DNA of 64,000 bases from Parcubacteria group bacterium (GTDB lineage Bacteria; Patescibacteriota; Minisyncoccia; Moranbacterales; UBA2206): NCBI GenBank assembly GCA_041674205.1, contig JBAYWF010000004.1:26721-90720 (forward strand), given 5' to 3'. Position numbers and translations under genes: made by a program. Below are positions 58,610 through 64,000 of this stretch, piece by piece. Under the pieces are notes generated by a model. The model was given only the letters and a program-made list of their open reading frames with translations, searched no databases and had not been told where the DNA came from. Within the stretch, counting starts at the first letter, position 1, and the number at the start of each line of letters is the position of its first letter.

Positions 58610-60103
58610 ATGTCTTATCAAATCAAAAACCTATCCGCCCATAAAAAAGAATTCCAAACCGGACGGATGAAAGTGCCGGCCATCCTGCATGTTTCCGATG
58701 ACCTGATGCCTAGCGACGCCACGCTGGCTGAAATCGAAGGCGTCGCTTCCGATCCGCACGCCTTCCACCATATAGCCGCGATGAGCGACGTGCACAGCAA
58801 AAAAGGGCGCAAGAATCCCACCGGCACCGTCATCGCTTCCGAACACCATCTCTTGCCGCAAATCAACGACACCGCGCCTAATTGCGGGATGCGCTTCTTA
58901 AAAACCAATCTCACCGACGCCGACCTGGCTTCCGGAAATATCGACCGGCTATTCCAAGAATTGGTGCGCGCCATCCCCACCAAGGCATATGCCGGCACCA
59001 AAGTCCCCTATTCCCTGATAATGGATATCTGCCGCAAAGGCGTGGCGCCGGTCCGCGATTTTTTCAAAATGCGCACCAAAAATGAAATTGAAAACACTTT
59101 TTCCGGCGGCAATTTTTTCTCAGAAATTCCGACTGAAAAAGACATCCTCAACGCCATTCCGAAGTTATTCCTGCACATCGGCCGATACCGGCTGGGCATC
59201 TTGGGCGCCGCCGGCAACCATTTCCTGGACCTGATGAAAATCACCGAAATCCGCGATCCGGAAATCGCCGAAAAATTCGGTTTGAAAAACGGGCAATATA
59301 TCTTCCTCTTGCATACCGGCTCCGGGCTGCTGGGGCAATACGCTTCCTATCTCTACACTCCCAAACGGAAAGAACATTTGAGCCAGAAGGTCATCTTGGA
59401 AATCGGCAAATTCTTTTTCCAAACCGACTATAAAAAAGAATTCAAAGCCTTGTGGAAAAAAATCGAATCTTTCAAGGATGCCAAAGAATATTTTTCCTAT
59501 GACGACCAAAGCCTGGAAGGCCGGCTTTTCATCACTTCCCACAATGCCGCCGCCAACCAAGGTTATGCCAACCGCTCCATCCTCACCCATCAGCTGGATA
59601 TGGCGATTGAGAAGGTCCTGGGCAAAAATCCCGAACTTGATATGCTCTATGATATGCCCCATGTTTTCGTCCATCGTGAAAAAAACCATTTCGGCAAGGA
59701 CGTCTGGGTGCATCGCAATGGCACCGTACGCGCCAACGGTCCGTCCCGGATGAACCATCCGCTCTTTTCCCAAACCGGCGAACCGGTTTTCATCCCGTCT
59801 TCGATGAGCACCCCGGCCTATATCTGCGCCGGCACCGATGACAACCAATCCAGTTTCTTTTCAGCCAGCCATGGGACCGGCCGCCGGAAAAATCCTTTGG
59901 CTGACGCGTCACGCGACAAGGAAACGCTTTTCAAAAAAATGGAAAAAAACCATATCAAGCTTTTCAACGCCAAATCTTCAGGCGTCATAATGCAGGACAG
60001 TTCCTACTATAAAGACGTGGAGGAAGTCATCGCCGGTATGGAAGACAACCAGATCGTGAAAGCCGTAGCCAAAATGGAGCCGGTAGCGGTATTGATGTAT
60101 TGA
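58610..60103 (+). CDS. rtcB: Divergent RtcB-family protein
   Basis: SDVH, NCGMR, GNHF, LHTGS, VHRNG, PSSM, SASHGTGR, YKDVEEV; start set to ATG 58610. Confidence 0.8.
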   Translation: MSYQIKNLSAHKKEFQTGRMKVPAILHVSDDLMPSDATLAEIEGVASDPHAFHHIAAMSDVHSKKGRKNPTGTVIASEHHLLPQINDTAPNCGMRFLKTNLTDADLASGNIDRLFQELVRAIPTKAYAGTKVPYSLIMDICRKGVAPVRDFFKMRTKNEIENTFSGGNFFSEIPTEKDILNAIPKLFLHIGRYRLGILGAAGNHFLDLMKITEIRDPEIAEKFGLKNGQYIFLLHTGSGLLGQYASYLYTPKRKEHLSQKVILEIGKFFFQTDYKKEFKALWKKIESFKDAKEYFSYDDQSLEGRLFITSHNAAANQGYANRSILTHQLDMAIEKVLGKNPELDMLYDMPHVFVHREKNHFGKDVWVHRNGTVRANGPSRMNHPLFSQTGEPVFIPSSMSTPAYICAGTDDNQSSFFSASHGTGRRKNPLADASRDKETLFKKMEKNHIKLFNAKSSGVIMQDSSYYKDVEEVIAGMEDNQIVKAVAKMEPVAVLMY

Positions 60104-60157
60104 AAATCCAAACGATGCCCACATAAAATAAAATCCGAGCTAGGGAGGGATATAGGT

Positions 60158-60358
60158 ATGATGCATATTTCCGTATGTTCTTTGGGTGATTATGACAAGC
60201 TTGTCGCATTCTTATCGAAGCATGACGAGCCGATCGCAAACAGCGACCGGGAAAGGATGGTGATAACCGCCGAAATTTCCGAGAAGTTCGTACATCGGAT
60301 ATATTCTGACGCGGATATCGAGGATGGGATATCGGTCTGGGAAACGGTATCCGATTAG
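60158..60358 (+). CDS. Small hypothetical protein
   Basis: GGAGG upstream and a terminator downstream. Confidence 0.5.
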   Translation: MMHISVCSLGDYDKLVAFLSKHDEPIANSDRERMVITAEISEKFVHRIYSDADIEDGISVWETVSD

Positions 60359-60391
60359 CGACGCGCTGATGGGCGGACCAGCATCCATCTT

Positions 60392-60421
60392 CGCCTCAAC
60401 CTCGCGGTTGAGGCGTTTTTT
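60392..60421 (+). terminator. Intrinsic terminator
   Basis: CGCCTCAACC-TCGC-GGTTGAGGCG-TTTTTT. Confidence 0.8.
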
Positions 60422-60555
60422 ATTCCAAAAAAAAGCCGGAAATCCCCTAAAAAAATATTGGCTTAGCCGCAAGTTTGTGTTATGATTTCGATATAAGCAT
60501 AACTGGACCATAGATAAATTGCGGCAGTCTATCGGCGATTTTCCAATAAAAAAAT

Positions 60556-61161
60556 ATGCACATAATCACCATTTCCGGACTGGATGGGTCAGGCAAATCC
60601 ACCCAGATCCAATTACTCAAATCCCATCTTGAATCGCAAGGCAGGCGGGTTTTTTATTTCCATGCCAACCGATTCAGCGTCAGCAATTTCTATAATATCC
60701 TCAGACCCCACAAGGTGATTTTGAAAAAACATCAGGAAAGCGTCAGCAAAGCCGGCTGGATCCAGATCCAGCTCCGAAAGCTGGCACTCCGAATCGACCT
60801 GTGGCGGTTCGGATCGTTAAGCGAAAAATTGCGCAATGAAAATTACGATTACATCCTTAGCGATCGGTTTTTCTGGGATAGCATCGTCAATATCCGATAT
60901 CTGGGGAGTAAGAATTTCAGGATTGGAAATCCGGAATTGGAAATCCGGAATTCGGTTTCATTCTATCTCGACACCGACCCGGAAGCGATCATGCGGCGTG
61001 AACGCCAGCCAGACCAAGGACTGCGCTATCTGATTGATAAAAAAAGATTGTATGATCAATATTTCCGAAACTTTCCCGGCGCCGAAATAATCGACGGCAA
61101 CCGTGACAAAGAAATAATTTTCGCTGAAATAAAAGAAAAGGTAGCGTGGGATCAAAGTTAG
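60556..61161 (+). CDS. Thymidylate-kinase-like P-loop kinase
   Basis: ISGLDGSGKSTQ, ILSDRF, IIDGN. Confidence 0.8.
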   Translation: MHIITISGLDGSGKSTQIQLLKSHLESQGRRVFYFHANRFSVSNFYNILRPHKVILKKHQESVSKAGWIQIQLRKLALRIDLWRFGSLSEKLRNENYDYILSDRFFWDSIVNIRYLGSKNFRIGNPELEIRNSVSFYLDTDPEAIMRRERQPDQGLRYLIDKKRLYDQYFRNFPGAEIIDGNRDKEIIFAEIKEKVAWDQS

Positions 61162-61195
61162 GCACGATACTATATTATACACCTAAATCAATATT

Positions 61196-62716
61196 ATGTC
61201 AAGTATCGCAAAATCCGCCCTCTGGGTCACGGTTTCCGAAATCATCTTTAATCTGTCCGGTTTCATCATCCACAGCATCCTGGGACGCGTTTTGGGCCCG
61301 TCAGACTATGGCCGCTACGGACTCGTCATCACTCTTACCACGATGGTAATCGTACTTATTGGCAACGGCATCCCGACGGCTATGGCCAAATACATCAGCG
61401 AGATTTTCGAAACCGACCCGCGCCTGGTTTTGCGGATTAAAAAACAGGCTATCATCCTGCAAACTTTGATCGTCGGCACCATCACGGTCATTTTCTACGC
61501 CTGCACTGGTTTGATTTCCCAGGCGCTCGGCGATCCGACACTGGAACCGCTTTTCCGCTTTTCAACCCTGATCATCCCAGCTTTCGCCGCCGCCTCTTTC
61601 TATTTTTCCTATTACACCGGATTGCACCGGTTCAACACCCAAGCCACCCTTAAAACCATCCGCTCCGTTTTCCGCATCGCCTTCGTCATCGGCTTGGCTT
61701 TCATTTTCGGACTCAAGGGTTCGATTTCCGGCTATGTCATCGCACCTTTTTCCGTTTTCGCGATCGCCTATCTGATCGACAAATTCAAAGTCTCCCCGGC
61801 ACTGGAAAAACAACAAAAAAACTCCCCAGCCGGCAAAGCCGACTTCGATTGGCGCAAACTGGTCAACTACGGCTGGCAAGTGGTGGTTTTTTTCCTGGCC
61901 TACGAACTACTGATCAGCATCGATTTATATATGGTTCAGGCGATTTTGCGCGATGACGCCTTGACCGGAATCTATAACGCCTCCCTTACCGTCGGACGCA
62001 TCCCCTATTATATTTTTTACGCGATGACCGTCTTCCTATTGCCAATGGTTTCCAAAGCCAGCGTCAATGGCAATTTCAAGAATGCCAAAAACATCATCGA
62101 CAACGCCCTGCGCATTATGCTGATCTTGCTGGTGCCGATGATCGTCCTGATGTCCGCCTATTCGCAAGAAATCCTCCAGCTGCTCTACGGCCGGAAATAC
62201 CTGGCCGGAGCGGAACCGATGTCGGTGCTGGTCTATGGCGTCGGTTTCCTGACAATTTTTTATGTGCTCAGTTTCGCGATGAACGGCGCCGGCAAAACCA
62301 AGACGGCGATGTGGATCGCCTTCGCCGGCCTGACCCTGAACGTCGCGACCAACTATTTCTTCATCCGGAAACTGGGTATCCTCGGATCCGCTTATGCCAC
62401 GACTGCCACTTCTTTCGCCATTATGATCCTGATGCTTTATGGGACTAAAAAATATTTCGATGCCGGCCTCAGCCTCGGCGAGTCCGCCAAAGTCGCCCTC
62501 GCCGGCGCCTTCGCTTATCTGCTTGCCGCCCTGTTGCCCGCCGGAAGATATTCCTTTATCGCGGTCGGCCTCCTGATTTTCGCGGCTTATTTCTTCGTCC
62601 TATATGCCGCGAAAGGCCTGACCGAAAAAGACATAAATTACTTTATGTCTATGGTCAAAAAACGCAAAAAAACGGATGTTTCGCAGGAGCTTTCCGGCAA
62701 TGAACCCGGAGCTTGA
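61196..62716 (+). CDS. Wzx/MATE-like polysaccharide flippase
   Basis: RVLGPSDYGRY, GIPTAMAKY, IDLYMV, GIYNAS; ~14 TM. Confidence 0.9.
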   Translation: MSSIAKSALWVTVSEIIFNLSGFIIHSILGRVLGPSDYGRYGLVITLTTMVIVLIGNGIPTAMAKYISEIFETDPRLVLRIKKQAIILQTLIVGTITVIFYACTGLISQALGDPTLEPLFRFSTLIIPAFAAASFYFSYYTGLHRFNTQATLKTIRSVFRIAFVIGLAFIFGLKGSISGYVIAPFSVFAIAYLIDKFKVSPALEKQQKNSPAGKADFDWRKLVNYGWQVVVFFLAYELLISIDLYMVQAILRDDALTGIYNASLTVGRIPYYIFYAMTVFLLPMVSKASVNGNFKNAKNIIDNALRIMLILLVPMIVLMSAYSQEILQLLYGRKYLAGAEPMSVLVYGVGFLTIFYVLSFAMNGAGKTKTAMWIAFAGLTLNVATNYFFIRKLGILGSAYATTATSFAIMILMLYGTKKYFDAGLSLGESAKVALAGAFAYLLAALLPAGRYSFIAVGLLIFAAYFFVLYAAKGLTEKDINYFMSMVKKRKKTDVSQELSGNEPGA

Positions 62717-62723
62717 AACCTCC

Positions 62724-64000
62724 CTACTTCACCCTCAGATCAAAGACTGAGAATTGCCGGTACACGGCGCAGTTTTCAATTGCATATTTTTTCGAAACCT
62801 TGGAGGGCAATTCGCATTTTTCCTCGGCATTTCTCAGATAAAACAGCTGCGATCCGCCCGCTAATTTAACATCCTCGCTCAATTCGATCACTTCCAAATC
62901 CGATTTTTCCGCGATAAAACGCAATGATTTCAATGACTTAAAAAGATATCCGGCTTGCGCGTCCACGTACGCGGTCCGACTATCCGCGACGATATTATCC
63001 CGCATATATTCCACTATGAAATCGGCCTCGCCCAATGTGATATATTCGAAATCACCGTTGATTTCACGCCCGCCAAATTGCAAATCATGAAAAACTGAAA
63101 AATTCTTCTGCAAATTGAAAAATGAAGCCGAAACGACCAGCGCAATCGCTATCCAGCGCCTATCCGCTTTTTCCCATAAAAATTTCAGCCAGAATCCTAA
63201 AAGAAGGAACGGGACGAATTCCAAAATCAGGAAGAAACGCATCGACAATTCGGTCGCCCAAACTATGAAAAATAGGAAGGTCAGGATAACATAAGCAGCT
63301 GTCAATTTGGCAAAAAGATTCTTCTCTTTGTCTTCCCGCTTTTTTATCTCGCGGAACGCGAGATAATAGCCTCCGACGGAAAAGACCGCCGCTGCGATCA
63401 CATATACTAGGAAGACGGCCTTGTCGGCCAACGGGACGTTTTTACTATCCAATTTCTCCATCCGGTTTACAAGGTCGCCATAACCGCACTCTTCCTCATT
63501 GCCATAGGCGGCTAAAATGCCATAGTTAGCCCGGATATGGCAAGACACGTCCAAAGCGAAATTATCCAGCATACTGGTATTGCGTTCATTTTTCTCGGTG
63601 ACACTCAGGATGAAAGCGCGCGTATTTATTCCGCCCGACTGGAACTCGCTGGCGATTTGGGGCACATTAACCAGCAAGGTTCCGGCCATAACCGCGATGA
63701 CGCAACCTTTCGTAAGCGAACCGCTCCTCAAGAGATAGTATGCGAAAAACAGCGCGCCGATCGGCATAATTATCAATAGCGTGGTATGGAGCTGGATACC
63801 GATTCCCATCGCGATACCCGCTGTGGCCGCCCACCAAATTTTCTTGCCTCCCTGCGAATTGCCGATGCGATAGACGGCATAGAGGAAGAGCATCGTAAAA
63901 AACGGGGTTGAATTCGGATTCCAGGCGAAACGGGAATATTTTATGGCAAAATACGAAATTGAAAACAGCCAGGTCAGCGACAATGCTATATATCTGTTAA
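62724..64000 (-). CDS. ArnT/PMT-like (GT-C) membrane glycosyltransferase; 5' end beyond the window
   Basis: YSRFAWNPN, GIGIQLH, multiple TMs; frame open to the window edge. Confidence 0.7.
   Translation of the reverse strand, partial: NRYIALSLTWLFSISYFAIKYSRFAWNPNSTPFFTMLFLYAVYRIGNSQGGKKIWWAATAGIAMGIGIQLHTTLLIIMPIGALFFAYYLLRSGSLTKGCVIAVMAGTLLVNVPQIASEFQSGGINTRAFILSVTEKNERNTSMLDNFALDVSCHIRANYGILAAYGNEEECGYGDLVNRMEKLDSKNVPLADKAVFLVYVIAAAVFSVGGYYLAFREIKKREDKEKNLFAKLTAAYVILTFLFFIVWATELSMRFFLILEFVPFLLLGFWLKFLWEKADRRWIAIALVVSASFFNLQKNFSVFHDLQFGGREINGDFEYITLGEADFIVEYMRDNIVADSRTAYVDAQAGYLFKSLKSLRFIAEKSDLEVIELSEDVKLAGGSQLFYLRNAEEKCELPSKVSKKYAIENCAVYRQFSVFDLRVK

Noticed and set aside
1-64000. tRNA, rRNA, transposase, integrase or prophage genes
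   Set aside because: No cloverleaf, rRNA-like tract or mobile-element protein motif was recognised by eye; a covariance-model search was not possible.

Overview
Bacterial chromosomal window with tightly packed genes, few Shine-Dalgarno sites and many apparently leaderless genes; this style suggests Patescibacteria/CPR (Parcubacteria-like), which is an inference. The backbone is ordinary: partial priA, thpR, ribE/ribH, gltX, rrf2-iscS-iscU, pyrH, rpmA, pyrG, rplI, an S41 protease, and a ~19 kb surface-glycan locus (LCP, GT4s, O-antigen ligase, nucleotide-sugar dehydrogenase, GT2, GT-C, Wzx) that also holds a divergent RtcB. Two accessory arrays stand out. (1) 28192-43946, minus strand: a probable operon encoding a split dikinase. 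One stand-alone ATP-grasp (PPDK_N) subunit leads six paralogous proteins, each with a highly divergent N-terminal domain and a conserved C-terminal phospho-His swivel domain; no PEP/pyruvate barrel is present. HAD and His-phosphatase-like proteins, a P-loop kinase, a GGCT-like protein and a methyltransferase are interspersed, along with three orphan relics of the conserved His-domain 3' end that look like recombination scars. (2) 7177-14064, plus strand: a PLP enzyme followed by six tandem 'LGSTPE'-type SAM methyltransferases; a seventh family member lies inside array (1), abutting a His-domain fragment at an A-AAA-AAG site. Smaller signals include duplicated gene-start stubs flanking single inserted genes, 7-bp periodic repeats inside coding genes, and several palindromic sites. 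No tRNA, rRNA, CRISPR array, integrase or transposase was recognised. All calls come from reading motifs by eye; no database searches were run.
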